Origin: Octopus bimaculoides | Lineage: Eukaryota | NCBI RefSeq assembly: GCF_001194135.2 | Contig: NC_069005.1 | Span: forward strand, 7,536,456-7,598,430 | Reading direction: 5' to 3' | DNA length: 61,975 nucleotides | Shown here: one piece after another, positions 10,558 to 25,493 of the stretch | Layout of the letters: the number at the start of each line of letters is the position of its first letter | How positions within the stretch are numbered: the stretch's first letter is position 1 | Notes under the pieces: generated by a model | Told to the model about the DNA's origin: nothing | The model's input: the letters and a program-made list of their open reading frames with translations, nothing else | Database searches by the model: none | Position numbers and translations under genes: made by a program

Positions 10558-11392
10558 TACATGGTCTGATCAGTGAGTATCCGGACTGTTGCCATAGTAA
10601 TGAAGTTAAAGCACGTAAAGTGAAGTTGCTTGGCACAAATAGACCTTGAACTCTGCTGTGCATGCACACTAAGTTTTAACATTCTAGCTCAATTCTGCTT
10701 TTTATAGCAGTGCTTTGGAAGGAACGTGTGTAGCATGTGATCATCGCATTGACCATGACAGAGAAAGTTGAGCAGAGAATCTGCATCAAATTTTGCTAAA
10801 AGCTTGGTAATACCTGGTCAGAGGCCTACACAATGTTTTCAAAAAGTTTTCATCGTTCTTGACACAATCAAGGACATCTTGTGCAACTGAAACCAGAGTG
10901 TCTTTTTGGTCAGCTGAAAGCAGTTTTGGCACAAACTTGGCAGACACGCGTCTCATACTCAAATCTTCAGTGATAATGGACTGAGTTGAACTGTAACTAA
11001 TCTGCATATTCTCTGATAACTCACGGATGGTGATTCAACGATTTCCCCTCACAGCTGCATGCACATCTGTGATGTTTTTCTCAGTTCTGCTGGTTGCGGG
11101 TCTCTCAGAACGTTCGTCAATATCAACATGTTTACGGCCAACTTGTGTGCGGCTCATACACTCCCCTCCATACACTTTCTGTAACTTCACGTAGGCCTCT
11201 GAGCAGGTATCACCATGACATCTCTCTGTTATGGTCAATGTGACGATCACACGCTACACACCTTCCTTCTAAGCACTGCTGTAAACAGCAGAAGTGAGCT
11301 AGAATGTCAAAACTTAGTGTGCAAGCACAGGATAGTTCAAGGTCTATTTGTGCCAAGCAGCTTTACTGTGTGCTTTTTGATCAGCCCTCATA
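10558..11392. mobile_element. Non-autonomous mariner derivative made of two inward-pointing 5-prime ends
   Basis: TA-flanked ends. The left arm(+) reads MTEKVEQRICIKFC*KLGNTWSEAYT. The right arm(-) reads GDTCSEAYVKLQKVYG...ERSERPATS... and then LSMRRVSAKFVPKLLSADQK, the mariner WVPHEL-type linker. Confidence 0.85.
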
Positions 11393-11937
11393 CACACACA
11401 ACTCCAGCAGGACACCTAACTCATGAAAAGAAGGGAGGGAATAGAGACATAAAAACGATGAATTTAGATAATGAAAACTGAATGTTCCATGGGACTGCAA
11501 TACATTGGCAACTGCCTCCTCCTCCTCATCATCATCATCATTAAGAAATTACTTAAGGAAATCGTTAAGAGACAGAGTTAAATCTTCCTCGAAATAGTTG
11601 GATGCTTTTGATGCCAGAAATAGCAACCAAATCTCCTTCAAACCAAACCCTTCTAGCACAGAAATGACAGGACACAATAACAAATGTGGCCCTAAGTAAA
11701 GTTTGTTTGAATAAATGAAGGGATGGTCATAGTTGGAATGCTTTTGATTATTGGTTTGCTGTTGGGGGTTAAACATTAACCACCACTACTTTTACATGGT
11801 TGCTTACCCTGCTAGAAATAGCAGCTAAATCTTTCTCTCTAAATCACATGCTACAGCCTTAGAGAGGAACTCACATAGGACAACGGTTAAAAAGATGAGA
11901 TGGTCATGGCTGGAATACCTGAAGCAAAACGACATAC

Positions 11938-12071
11938 CAGGGAAATGTTTCTGTAAGATTTCTTCAGCAACTTGGAAAGCGTTACTGTTGTAAGAGCTGT
12001 CTGATTCTTGTTGAAACCATTCTACTGTGGCGTTTACTGTTCTTTGTTTGCATTTCAAAGGGATTGTGAAT
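11938..12071 (-). CDS. Unidentified gene B, most 5-prime exon found (FTIPLKCKQRTVNATVEWFQQESDSSYNSNAFQVAEEILQKHFPG), phase 2 to 1
   Basis: Acceptor ttgtccattgtag and donor G|gtatgt. 134 nt. It joins in frame to 9982 (KHFPG|EFLSKLL). Confidence 0.85.
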
Positions 12072-12280
12072 CTACAATGGACAATGAACAGAGACAAATA
12101 AACAACAGACAACATGGCTTATAAACTACATACATACATACATATATACACACACAGAGTATGAAATCTCTCTCTCTCTCNNNNNNNNNNNNNNNNNNNN
12201 NNNNNNNNNNNNNNNNNNNNNNNNNNNNNNNNNNNNNNNNNNNNNNNNNNNNNNNNNNNNNNNNNNNNNNNNNNNNNNNN

Positions 12281-15200
12281 CGAAAGAATGAACCAACAAA
12301 TGAACAAACGAACGTAAGTACGTACGTACGAATGTGCGTACGTACGAACGAACGATCTAATGAAAGAACGAAAGAACTAACGAAGGTACGTACATACGTT
12401 CGTTCGTTAGTTTGTACGTACGCATGTACGTACGTAATCACGTTGGTACGCAGATACGTACGTACGTACGTTCGTTCGATCGGTCGTTCGTACGTACGTA
12501 CGTATGTACGTAAATTCGTTAGTTCTTTCGTTCGATCGTTCGTTCGTTGTTTCGTTCCTTCGAACGAAAGTTCGCTCGTTCGTTGATACGTATTTACCTA
12601 AGTATGTACGTTCGTTTTTTCTATATTTCGTTCTTAAGTTCATTTATTCTTCCTTTCGTTCCTTCTTTCGTTCGTACGTACGAATGTGCGTACGTACGTT
12701 CGTTTGTTCATTTGTTGGTTCATTCTTTCGTTAGTTCGTTCGTTCGTATGTACGTAAGTATGTACGTTTGTTCGTTCATACGTTCTTATGTACGTACTTG
12801 TGTACGATCGTTCGTTCGTTCGTTCGTATGTATTTATCTGCGTACGTACGTTCGATCGTTAGTTCGTACGTACGCATGTACGTAAGTACACACGTTGGTA
12901 CGCAGGTACTTACGAACGTTGTACGTACGCACGTCGTACGTACGTTCGTTCGTTCCGTTGATCGTACGTACGTACTTATGTACGTACGTTCGTTAGTTTT
13001 TACGTTAGTTCGTTCGATCGTTCGTAGGTACGTACGTATGTACGTNNNNNNNNNNNNNNNNNNNNNNNNNNNNNNNNNNNNNNNNNNNNNNNNNNNNNNN
13101 NNNNNNNNNNNNNNNNNNNNNNNNNNNNNNNNNNNNNNNNNNNNNNNNNNNNNNNNNNNNNNNNNNNNNNNNNNNNNNNNNNNNNNNNNNNNNNNNNNNN
13201 NNNNNNNNNNNNNNNNNNNNNNNNNNNNNNNNNNNNNNNNNNNNNNNNNNNNNNNNNNNNNNNNNNNNNNNNNNNNNNNNNNNNNNNNNNNNNNNNNNNN
13301 NNNNNNNNNNNNNNNNNNNNNNNNNNNNNNNNNNNNNNNNNNNNNNNNNNNNNNNNNNNNNNNNNNNNNNNNNNNNNNNNNNNNNNNNNNNNNNNNNNNN
13401 NNNNNNNNNNNNNNNNNNNNNNNNNNNNNNNNNNNNNNNNNNNNNNNNNNNNNNNNNNNNNNNNNNNNNNNNNNNNNNNNNNNNNNNNNNNNNNNNNNNN
13501 NNNNNNNNNNNNNNNNNNNNNNNNNNNNNNNNNNNNNNNNNNNNNNNNNNNNNNNNNNNNNNNNNNNNNNNNNNNNNNNNNNNNNNNNNNNNNNNNNNNN
13601 NNNNNNNNNNNNNNNNNNNNNNNNNNNNNNNNNNNNNNNNNNNNNNNNNNNNNNNNNNNNNNNNNNNNNNNNNNNNNNNNNNNNNNNNNNNNNNNNNNNN
13701 NNNNNNNNNNNNNNNNNNNNNNNNNNNNNNNNNNNNNNNNNNNNNNNNNNNNNNNNNNNNNNNNGTAAGTACTACTTTCGTTCGTTCATTCGATGGGTCA
13801 TTATTTCATTAGTTCGTTCGATCGTTCGTAGGTACGTACGTATGTACGTTCGTTTGTTCATTCGTGCGTACGTACTTAGGTACCTACTTACGTACGATCG
13901 TTCGTTCGTTTGTACGTACGTTCATGCGTTTGTTCGTACGTACGTATCTCCGTACGTACACACGTACGTACGTACGTACGTTCGGTCGTTCGTACGTACG
14001 TACGTATGTACGTACCTTCGTTAGTTCTTTCGTTCATTTGTTAGTTCGTTCGTTCGTTTGTACATACGCTCGTTCGTACGCACGTTCGATCGTTCGTTTG
14101 TACGTCCGTACGTACATACTTACGTACGTTTGCTTGGGCGTACGTACGTACGTTCGTCCTTTCGTTCGGTCGTTCGTTCGTTCGTTTATTCGTACATACG
14201 AACGTACGTTCGTACGTTTGTTCCTTCGTACGTACGTTTGTTCGTTAATTCCTTTGTTCGATCGTTCGTTCGTTCTTTCATTCGTCTTTTCCTTCGAACG
14301 TAAGTTCGTTCGTAATATTTACGTACGTATGTACGTTCGTTTTTCTTTATTTCGTTCTTTAGTCCGTTTGTTCTTTCTTTCGTTCCAACGCACGTACGTT
14401 CGATCGTTCGTTCGTTCGTACATACGTAATTTCGTTCGTCCAATCTTTCGTCCGTTCAATCTTTCGTCCGTTCAATCATCCGTTCGTTCAATCTTTCGTT
14501 CGTTTGTACGTATGTATGTACGTACGTACTTTCATTCGTTCGTACGTACGCACATTCGTCCGTCCGTCCGTACGTTCGTTTGTTCATTCGTTGGTTCATT
14601 CTGTCGTTAGTTCGTTCGTTCGTTCGTTCGAAGTTACGTATGTATGTATGTTCGTCTGTCCATTCGTGCATACGTACTTAGGTAGGTACATACGTACGAT
14701 CGTTCGTTCGTTCGAACGTAGTTATCTACGTACGTACGTTTGACCGTTAGTTCCTAGGTACGCATGTACGTACGTACACACGTTGGTACGCAGGTACGTA
14801 CGTACGCACGTCAAACATACGCACGTCGTACCGTCGCACGTTCGTTCGGTCGTTCGTACGTACGTATGTATGGACGTAACTTCGTAAATTCTTTCGTTAT
14901 TTCGTTAGATCGTTCGTTCGTTCGTACGTACGTTTGTTCGTTCGAACGTTCGTTTGTACGTCGGTCCGTACATACGTACGTACGATTGTTCGTGCGTACG
15001 TACGTTCTTTCTTTCGTTGGTACGCACGTACACACGTTGGTACGCAGGTAAGTACGTGCGAACGTCGTACGTACGTACGTTCGTTCGTTTGGTCGTTCGT
15101 ACGTACGTACCTATGTACGTACCTTCGTTAATTCTTTCGTTCTTTCGTTAGATCCTTCGTTCGTTCGTACGTACGTTCGTTCGTTTGTTCGTACGTACGT

Positions 15201-18200
15201 ATCTACGTACGTACACACGTACGTTCGTTCGGTCGTTCGTACGTACGTACGTATGTACGTACCTTCGTTAGTTCTTTCGTTCTTTTGTTAGTTCGTTCAT
15301 TCGTTCGTACATACGTTCGTTCGTACGCACGTTCGATCGTTCGTTTGTACGTCCGTACGTACATGCTTACGTACTATTGTTCGGGCGTACGTACGTTCGT
15401 TCTTTCGTTCGGTCGTTCGTTTATTCGTACATACGAACGTATGTTCGTTCCTTCGTACGTACGTTTGTTCCTTAATTCTTTCGTTCGATCGTTCGTTCGT
15501 TCTTTCATTCGTCTTTTCCTTCGAACGTAAGTTCGTTCGCTCGTTCGTAATATTTACGTACGTATGTACGTTCGTTTTTCTTTATTTCGTTCTTTAGTCC
15601 GTTTGTTCTTTCTTTCGTTCCAACACACGTACTTTCGATCGTTCGTTCGTTCGTACATACGTAATTTCGTTCGTCCAATCTTTCGTTCGTTCAATCTTTC
15701 GTTCGTATGTACTTTCGTTCGTTCATTCGTTCGTACGTACGCACATTCGTCCGTCCGTCCATACGTTCGTTTGTTCATTCGTTGGTTCATTCTGTCGTTA
15801 GTTCGTTCGTTCGTTCGAAGTTACGTATGTACGTATGTTCGTCTGTCCATTCGTGCATACGTACTTAGGTAGGTACATACGTACGATCGTTCGTTCGTTC
15901 GAACGTAGTTATCTACGTACACACGTTGGTACGCAGGTACGTACGTACGCACGTCGTACCGTCGCACGTTCGTTCGGTCGTTCGTACGTACGTATGTATG
16001 TATGTAACTTCGTTAATTCTTTCGTTATTTCGTTAGATCGTTCGTTCGTACGTACGTACGTTCGTTCGTTCGAACGTTCGTTTGTACGTCGGTCCGTACA
16101 TACGTACGTACGATTGTTCGTGCGTACTACGTTCTTTCTTTCGTTGGTACGCACCGTACACACGTTGGTACGCAGGTAAGTACGTACGTACGTACGCCCG
16201 AACAATCGTACGTAAGTATGTACGTACGGACGTACAAAAGAACGATCGAACGTGCGTACGAACGAACGTATGTACGAACGAATGAACGAACTAATGAAAG
16301 AACTAACGAAGGTACGTACATACGTACGTACGAACGACCGAACGTACGTACGTNNNNNNNNNNATGAACGAACTAATGAAAGAACTAACGAAGGTACGTA
16401 CATACGTACGTACGAACGACCGAACGTACGTACGTGTGTACGTACGTAGATACGTACGTACGAACAAACGAACGAACGAACGAAAGATCTAACGAAAGAA
16501 CTAACGAAGGTACGTACATAGGTACGTACGTACGAACGACCAAACGAACGAACGTACGTACGTACGACGTTCGCACGTACTTACCTGCGTACCAACGTGT
16601 GTACGTGCGTACCAACGAANNNNNNNNNNGTACGTACGTACGACGTTCGCACGTACTTACCTGCGTACCAACGTGTGTACGTGCGTACCAACGAAAGAAA
16701 GAACGTACGTACGCACGAACAATCGTACGTACGTATGTACGGACCGACGTACAAACGAAGGTTCGAACGAACGAACGTACGTACGAACGAACGAACGATC
16801 TAACGAAATAACGAAAGAATTAACGAAGTTACGTACATACGAACGACCGAACGAACGTGCGACGGTACGACGTGCGTATGTTTGACGTGCGTACGTACGT
16901 ACCTGCGTACCAACGTGTGTACGTACGTACATGGGTACCTAGGAACTAACGGTCGAACGTACGTACGTAGATAATTACGTTCGAACGAACGAACGATCGT
17001 ACGTATGTACCTACCTAAGTACGTATGCACGAATGGACAGACGAACATACATACATACGTAACTTCGAACGAACTAACGACAGAATGAACCAACGAATGA
17101 ACAAACGAACGTACGGACGGACGGACGAATGTGCGTACGTATGAACGAATGAACGAACGAAAGTACGTACGTACATACGTACGTACAAACGAACGAAAGA
17201 TTGAACGAACGGGAGATTGAACGGACGAAAGATTGAACGGACGAAAGATTGGACGAACGAAATTACGTATGTACGAACGAACGAACGATCGAACGTACGT
17301 GCGTTGGAACGAAAGAAAGAACAAACGGACTAAAGAACGAAATAAAGAAAAACGAACGTACATACGTACGTAAATATNNNNNNNNNNNNNNNNNNNNNNN
17401 NNNNNNNNNNNNNNNNNNNNNNNNNNNNNNNNNNNNNNNNNNNNNNNNNNNNNNNNNNNNNNNNNNNNNNNNNNNNNNNNNNNNNNNNNNNNNNNNNNNN
17501 NNNNNNNNNNNNNNNNNNNNNNNNNNNNNNNNNNNNNNNNNNNNNNNNNNNNNNNNNNNNNNNNNNNNNNNNNNNNNNNNNNNNNNNNNNNNNNNNNNNN
17601 NNNNNNNNNNNNNNNNNNNNNNNNNNNNNNNNNNNNNNNNNNNNNNNNNNNNNNNNNNNNNNNNNNNNNNNNNNNNNNNNNNNNNNNNNNNNNNNNNNNN
17701 NNNNNNNNNNNNNNNNNNNNNNNNNNNNNNNNNNNNNNNNNNNNNNNNNNNNNNNNNNNNNNNNNNNNNNNNNNNNNNNNNNNNNNNNNNNNNNNNNNNN
17801 NNNNNNNNNNNNNNNNNNNNNNNNNNNNNNNNNNNNNNNNNNNNNNNNNNNNNNNNNNNNNNNNNNNNNNNNNNNNNNNNNNNNNNNNNNNNNNNNNNNN
17901 NNNNNNNNNNNNNNNNNNNNNNNNNNNNNNNNNNNNNNNNNNNNNNNNNNNNNNNNNNNNNNNNNNNNNNNNNNNNNNNNNNNNNNNNNNNNNNNNNNNN
18001 NNNNNNNNNNNNNNNNNNNNNNNNNNNNNNNNNNNNNNNNNNNNNNNNNNNNNNNNNNNNNNNNNNNNNNNNNNNNNNNGATTGAACGGACGAAAGATTG
18101 AACGGACGAAAGATTGGACGAACGAAATTACGTATGTACGAACGAACGAACGACGAAAAGAAATAAAGGAACGAGCAAACGAATGTACGAACGTATGAAC

Positions 18201-21200
18201 GAATGAAAGAACGTACGTACGTAAATACGTATGTACGAACGAACGCAGGAACGTTCGTACATACGTACTAACGAACGAACGTAAGTCCGTACGAATGAAC
18301 GTAAGAACGAACGAACTAACATACGTACGTATGAACGAAGGATCGGACGAAAGTAAGGATTATACGAACGAACATAAGAACAAACGTAAGTATGTAGGTA
18401 CGTACATACGTACGAATGAACGAACGAACTAACGTACGTACGTTAGAACGATCGAACGAACGTATATATATAAATAAAAGAAAGAAGGTACGGACGTACG
18501 TCCGCACGAACAATCGTACGGACGTATAAACGATCGATCGAACGAACATACGTACGATCGAACGAACGAACTAACGAAAGAACTAACGAACGTACGTACA
18601 TAAGTACGTACGTACGATCAACGGAACGAACGAACGTACGTGCGTACGTACAACGTTCGTAAGTACGTACGTACCTGCGTACCAACGTGTGTACTTACGT
18701 ACATGCGTACGTACGAACTAACGATCGAACGTACGTACGCAGATAAATAAATACGAACGAACGAACGATCGTACGCAAGTACGTACATAAGAACGTATGA
18801 ACGAACAAACGTACATACGAACGAACGAACTAACGAAAGAATGAACCAACAAATGAACAAACGAACGTACGTACGAATGTGCGTACGTACGAACGAAAGA
18901 AGGAACGAAAGGAAGAACAAATGAACTAAAAAACGAAATATAGAAAAAACGAACGTACATACTTACGTAAATACGTATGAACGAACGAGCGAACTTACGT
19001 TCGAAGGAACGAAACAACGAACGAACGATCGAACGAAAGAAATAACGAACAAACGTACGTACGAACGAACGATCTAACGAAAGAACGAAAGAACTAACGA
19101 ATTTACGTACATACGTACGAACAACCGACCGAACGAACGTACGTACGTACGTATCTGCGTACCAACGTGATTACGTACGTACATGCGTACGTACGTACNN
19201 NNNNNNNNNNNNNNNNNNNNNNNNNNNNNNNNNNNNNNNNNNNNNNNNNNNNNNNNNNNNNNNNNNNNNNNNNNNNNNNNNNNNNNNNNNNNNNNNNNNN
19301 NNNNNNNNNNNNNNNNNNNNNNNNNNNNNNNNNNNNNNNNNNNNNNNNNNNNNNNNNNNNNNNNNNNNNNNNNNNNNNNNNNNNNNNNNNNNNNNNNNNN
19401 NNNNNNNNNNNNNNNNNNNNNNNNNNNNNNNNNNNNNNNNNNNNNNNNNNNNNNNNNNNNNNNNNNNNNNNNNNNNNNNNNNNNNNNNNNNNNNNNNNNN
19501 NNNNNNNNNNNNNNNNNNNNNNNNNNNNNNNNNNNNNNNNNNNNNNNNNNNNNNNNNNNNNNNNNNNNNNNNNNNNNNNNNNNNNNNNNNNNNNNNNNNN
19601 NNNNNNNNNNNNNNNNNNNNNNNNNNNNNNNNNNNNNNNNNNNNNNNNNNNNNNNNNNNNNNNNNNNNNNNNNNNNNNNNNNNNNNNNNNTCGTTCGTTC
19701 GATCGTGCGTACGTTCGTTTGTTCGACCGTTCGTTTGTACGTTCGTGCGTGTTTACGTACGTATGTACGTTCGTTTTTTCTTTATTTCGTTCTTTAGTTC
19801 GGTTTTCTTTCTTTCGTTCATACGCACGTACGTTCGTTCGTTCGTACGTACATACGTTCTTTCGTTCGTTCAACCTTTCGTTTGTTCGTACGTACGTACT
19901 TACTTTCTTTCGATCGTTCGGTCGTTTGTTCGTTCGTTCGTCCTTTTGTTCGTACTTAAGTTTGTTCCTTAATTCTTTCTTTCGACCGTTCGTTCGTTCT
20001 TTCGTTCGTCTTTTCGTTCGAACGTAAGCTCGTTCGTTCGTTCGTACGTATTTACGTACGTTCGTTTTTTCTTTATATCGTTCTTTATTTCGTTTGTTCT
20101 TTCTTTCGTTCGTACGCACGTACGTTCGTTCGTTCTTTCGTACGTATATACGTACTTTCGTTCGTTCAATCTTTCATGCGTACGTAACTACGGACGAACG
20201 AAGGGAGTAACGAAAGAATAAACCAACCAATGAATAAACGAACGTACGTACGAACGAACGNNNNNNNNNNACTACGGACGAACGAAGGGAGTAACGAAAG
20301 AATAAACCAACCAATGAATAAACGAACGTACGTACGAACGAACGAATGTGCGTACGTACGTACGAATGTGCGTACGTCCGAACAAATGAACGAACGAAAG
20401 GACGTACGTACGTACGAACGAACGAAAGTTTGAAGGAACGAAAGTACGTATGTATGTACGAAAGAAAGAAAAACGAACTAAAGATGGAAATAAAGAAAAA
20501 ACGAACGTACATACGTACATAAATACGTACGAACAAACGAACTAAATTACGTTCGAACGATCAGACGAACGAAAGAACGAACGAACGATCGAACGAAAGA
20601 ATTAACGAACAAATGTACGAAGGAACGAACGATCAAAGGAAAGAACGAAAGAACGAACGAAAATACGTACGAACGAACGAACGAACGATCGAACGAAGGA
20701 ATTAACGAACAAACGTACGAAGGAACGAACGAGCGAAGGAACGAACGAAAGAACGAATGTACTTACGTACGCACGAACAGTTGTACGTGCGTATGTAAGT
20801 ACGGACGTACAAACGAACGATCGAACGAAAGAACATACGTACGAACGAACGATCTAACGAAAGAACGAAAGAACTAAGGTACGTACATACGTAAGTACGT
20901 ACGAAAACCCGAACGAACGTACGTACGTACGCCCGTACCAACGTCTGTACGTACGTACATGCGTACGTACGAACTAAGGAACGAACGTACGTACGTAGAT
21001 AAGTAGGTACGAACGAACGAACGATCGTACGAAAGAATTAACGAACAAACATACGTACAAACGAACGGACGAATGAATGAACGTGCGTACGAACGTACGT
21101 ATGTACAAATGAACGAACGACCGAACGATCGAAGGAACGAACGAAACAACGAAAGGACTAACGAAGATACGTACGTACGAACGCCCGAACGAACGAAAGT

Positions 21201-24200
21201 ACGTATGTACGTAAGGACGTACAAACGAACGAACGACAGGTAGAACGAACGAAAATACGTATATACGTACGAACGAACGAACGATCGATCGAAAGAATTA
21301 ACGATCAAACGTACGTACGAGCACACGGAGGAACGAACGAACGAACGAACGTACGTACGTATGTACGAGTGAACAAACAAACGAACTAACGAAGGAACGA
21401 ACGACAGAACGAACGAAAGAACGAACGTACGTACGCACGAACAATCGTACCTACGTATGTACGTACGGACGTACAAACGAACGTTCGAACGAACAAACGT
21501 ACGTACGAACGAACGTAAGTACGAACGAATGAACGTACGTACGAACGAACGAAAGATCGTACGTAAGTACGTACCTCAGTACGTACGCAAGAATGAACAA
21601 ACGAACGTACATACGTACGTAACTACGAACGAACGAACTAACGAAACAATGAACCAACGAATGAACAAACGAACGTACGTACATACGAACGAATGTGCGT
21701 ACGTACGATGGAATGAATGAACGAAAGTATGTACGTACGTACGGACGGACGAGCGAAAGATTGAACGAATGAAAGTACGTATGTATGTACGAACGAACGT
21801 ACGTGCGCACTAACGAAAGAAAGAACAAACGAACTAAAGAACGAAATAAAGAAAAAACGAACGTACGTACGGACGTAAATACGTACGCACGAACAATCGT
21901 ACGGACGTACAAACGAACGATCGAACGAACGAACGTAGTACGAACGAACGAACTAATGAAAGAACGAAAGAACTAACGAAGTTACGTACATACGTACTTA
22001 GGTACGAAGGAACGAACATACGTACCTACGACGTGCGTACTTACGTACGTACCTGCGGACCAACGTGTGTACGTACGTACATGCGTACCTACGAACTAAC
22101 GAACGAAGGTACGTAGATAAGTACGTACGAACGAACGTACATACGTACGTACCTACGAACGAACGAACGAAAGAAAGAACTAACAATGAACAAACGAACG
22201 TACTTACGTACGTACGAACGTGCATACGTACGAACGAACGAACGAAAGTACGTACGTATGTACGCACGAACAAACGAAAGATTGAACGAACGAAAGAACG
22301 TACGTCCGTACGAACGAAAGAAAGAAAAAACGAACTAAAGAACGAAATCAAGAAAAAACGAACGTACATATGTACGTAAATACGTACGAACGAACGAACA
22401 ATCGTACGTAAGTACGAACCTAAGTACGTACGAACCACTGAACAAACGAACGTACATACGTACGTAACTACGAACGAACGAAGGAATTAACGAAAGAATG
22501 AACAGACGAATGAACAAACGAACGTACGTACGAACGTACGTACGCACGAACGAAAGAACGAACGTCCGAAAGATCGAAGTAAAGAACGAAAGAACGAACG
22601 TACGGACGTACAAACGAACCTACATAGTACTTAAATACGAACGAAAGAAAGAAACACGAACGAACGTAAACACGAACGAACGAACGATCGAACGAAAGAA
22701 TTAAGGAACAAACGTACGTACGTACGAACGTACGTACGTACGAATGAACGAACGAACGAACGATCGATCGAAGGAACGAACGAAAGAACGAACGTACGTA
22801 CGTACGCACCAACAATCGTACGTACGTTTCTACGTTCGGACGTACAAACGAATGATCGAACGAACGAACGTACTACGAACGAACGTACGATCTAACGAAA
22901 GAACGAACGAACAAACGAAAGAACGAACGAATGAACGACCTACGTAAGTACGTAACTAAGTACGTACGCACGAATGAACAAACGAATATACATACGTACG
23001 TACCTACGAATGAACGAACGATCTAACGAAAGAAGGAACCAACGAAAGTACAAACGAACGCACGTACGTACGTACGAATGTGCGTACGTACAAACGAATG
23101 AACGAACGAAAGAACGTACGAACGTTCGTACGAATGTTTGTACGAACGAACGAAAGAATGAACGAACGAAAGTACGTATATACGTACGAAAGAAAGAACG
23201 AACTTACGTGCGTACGAACGAAAGAAAGAACAAACGAACTAAAAGAACGAAATAAAGAAAAAACGAACGTACATTCGTACGTAAATACGTACAAACGAAC
23301 GAGCGAACTTATGTTCGAAAGAGCAGACGAACGAAAGAACAAACGAAAGAATTAACGAACAAACGTACGTGCGAATGAACGGACGAACGAACGAACGACC
23401 GAATGATCGACTGAACAAACGAAAGAACGAACGTACGTACGAACAGACGAACGATCTAACGAAAGACGAAAGAACTAACGAAAGTACGTACACACGTACG
23501 TACGAACGACCGTTCGAACGTACGTACGACGTGCGGACTTACGACGTGAGTACGTACGTACCTGCGTACCAACGTGTGTACGTACATGCGTACGTACGAA
23601 CTAACGAGCGAACTTACGTACGTAGATAAGTACGTACGCATGAATGAACAAACAAACGTACGTGCGTACGTAACTACGAACGAACGAACTAACGAAAGAA
23701 TGAACCAACGAATGACTAAAAACGAACGTACGTACGTACGAACGAATGTGCGTACATACGAGAGAATGAACGAACGAAAGTACGTACGTACGAACGAACA
23801 AAAGATTGAACGAACGAAGGATTGAACGAACGAAATATTGAACGAATGAAAGATTGAACTAACGAAAGATTGAACGAAAGAAAGTACGTATGTACGTACG
23901 AACGCACAAACGAACGAACGTACGTGCGTATGAAAAAACGAAAGAAGAAACGAACTAAAGAACGAAATAAAGAAAAAACGAACGTACATACGTACGTAAA
24001 TACAAACGAACGTACATACGTACGTAAATACTTACGAAAATACGTACGAACGAACGAACGAACTTACGTTCGATAGAACATGCGATCCAAAGAACGAACG
24101 AACGATCGAACGAAAGAATTAACGAACAAACGTACGTACGAACGAACGGACGAACGAACGATCGAAAGAACGAAAGAACTAACGAAGATACGTACATACG

Positions 24201-25461
24201 TACGTACGTACCAACGACCGACGAACGAAAGTACGTATGTACGTACGGACGTACAAACGAATGAACGAAAGATTGAACGAACGAAAGTACGTATATACGA
24301 ACGAACGAACGAATGATTGTGCGTACGAACAAAAGAATGAACAAACGAACTAAAGAACGAAATAAAGAAAAAACGATCGTACAATCGTACGTAAATACGT
24401 ACGAACGAACGAGCGAACTTACGTTCGAACGAACAGACGAACGAAAAAACGAACGAATGATCTAACGAAATAATTAACGAGCAAACGTACGTACGAACGA
24501 ACGAACGTACGTACGTACTTACGTATGTACGAATGAAAGAACGACCGAACGATCGAAGGAACGAGCGAAAGATCGAACGTACGTACGTACGCACAAACAA
24601 TCGTACGTACGTATGTACGTACAGATGTACAAACGAACGAATGAACAAATGAACGAAAGGACGAACGTACGTTCCTACGAACGAACGAACGTTCGTCNNN
24701 NNNNNNNTAAGTAGGTACCTAAGTACGTACGCACGAATGAACAAACGAACGTACATATGTACGTACCTACGAACCAACGAATGAACAAACGAACGTACGT
24801 ACGTACGCACGAATATGCGTACATACGAACGAATGAACGAGCGAAAGTACGTACTTACGTACGAATGAACGAAAGGACGAACGTACGTTCCTACGAACGA
24901 ACGAACGTTCGTCCGTACGAATGAAAGTAAGAACAAACGAACTGAACTAAGTACGTATGAACGAAGGGTCGAACGAAATTAAGGATTGTACGAACGGACG
25001 ATGAAACAAACGTACGTATGTAGGTAAGTACATACGTTCGAATGAACGAACGATCGAACGAACGTATATGTATATATATATATATATATATATANNNNNN
25101 NNNNNNNNNNNNNNNNNNNNNNNNNNNNNNNNNNNNNNNNNNNNNNNNNNNNNNNNNNNNNNNNNNNNNNNNNNNNNNNNNNNNNNNNNNNNNNNNNNNN
25201 NNNNNNNNNNNNNNNNNNNNNNNNNNNNNNNNNNNNNNNNNNNNNNNNNNNNNNNNNNNNNNNNNNNNNNNNNNNNNNNNNNNNNNNNNNNNNNNNNNNN
25301 NNNNNNNNNNNNNNNNNNNNNNNNNNNNNNNNNNNNNNNNNNNNNNNNNNNNNNNNNNNNNNNNNNNNNNNNNNNNNNNNNNNNNNNNNNNNNNNNNNNN
25401 NNNNNNNNNNNNNNNNNNNNNNNNNNNNNNNNNNNNNNNNNNNNNNNNNNNNNNNNNNNNN

Positions 25462-25493
<32 letters not shown>

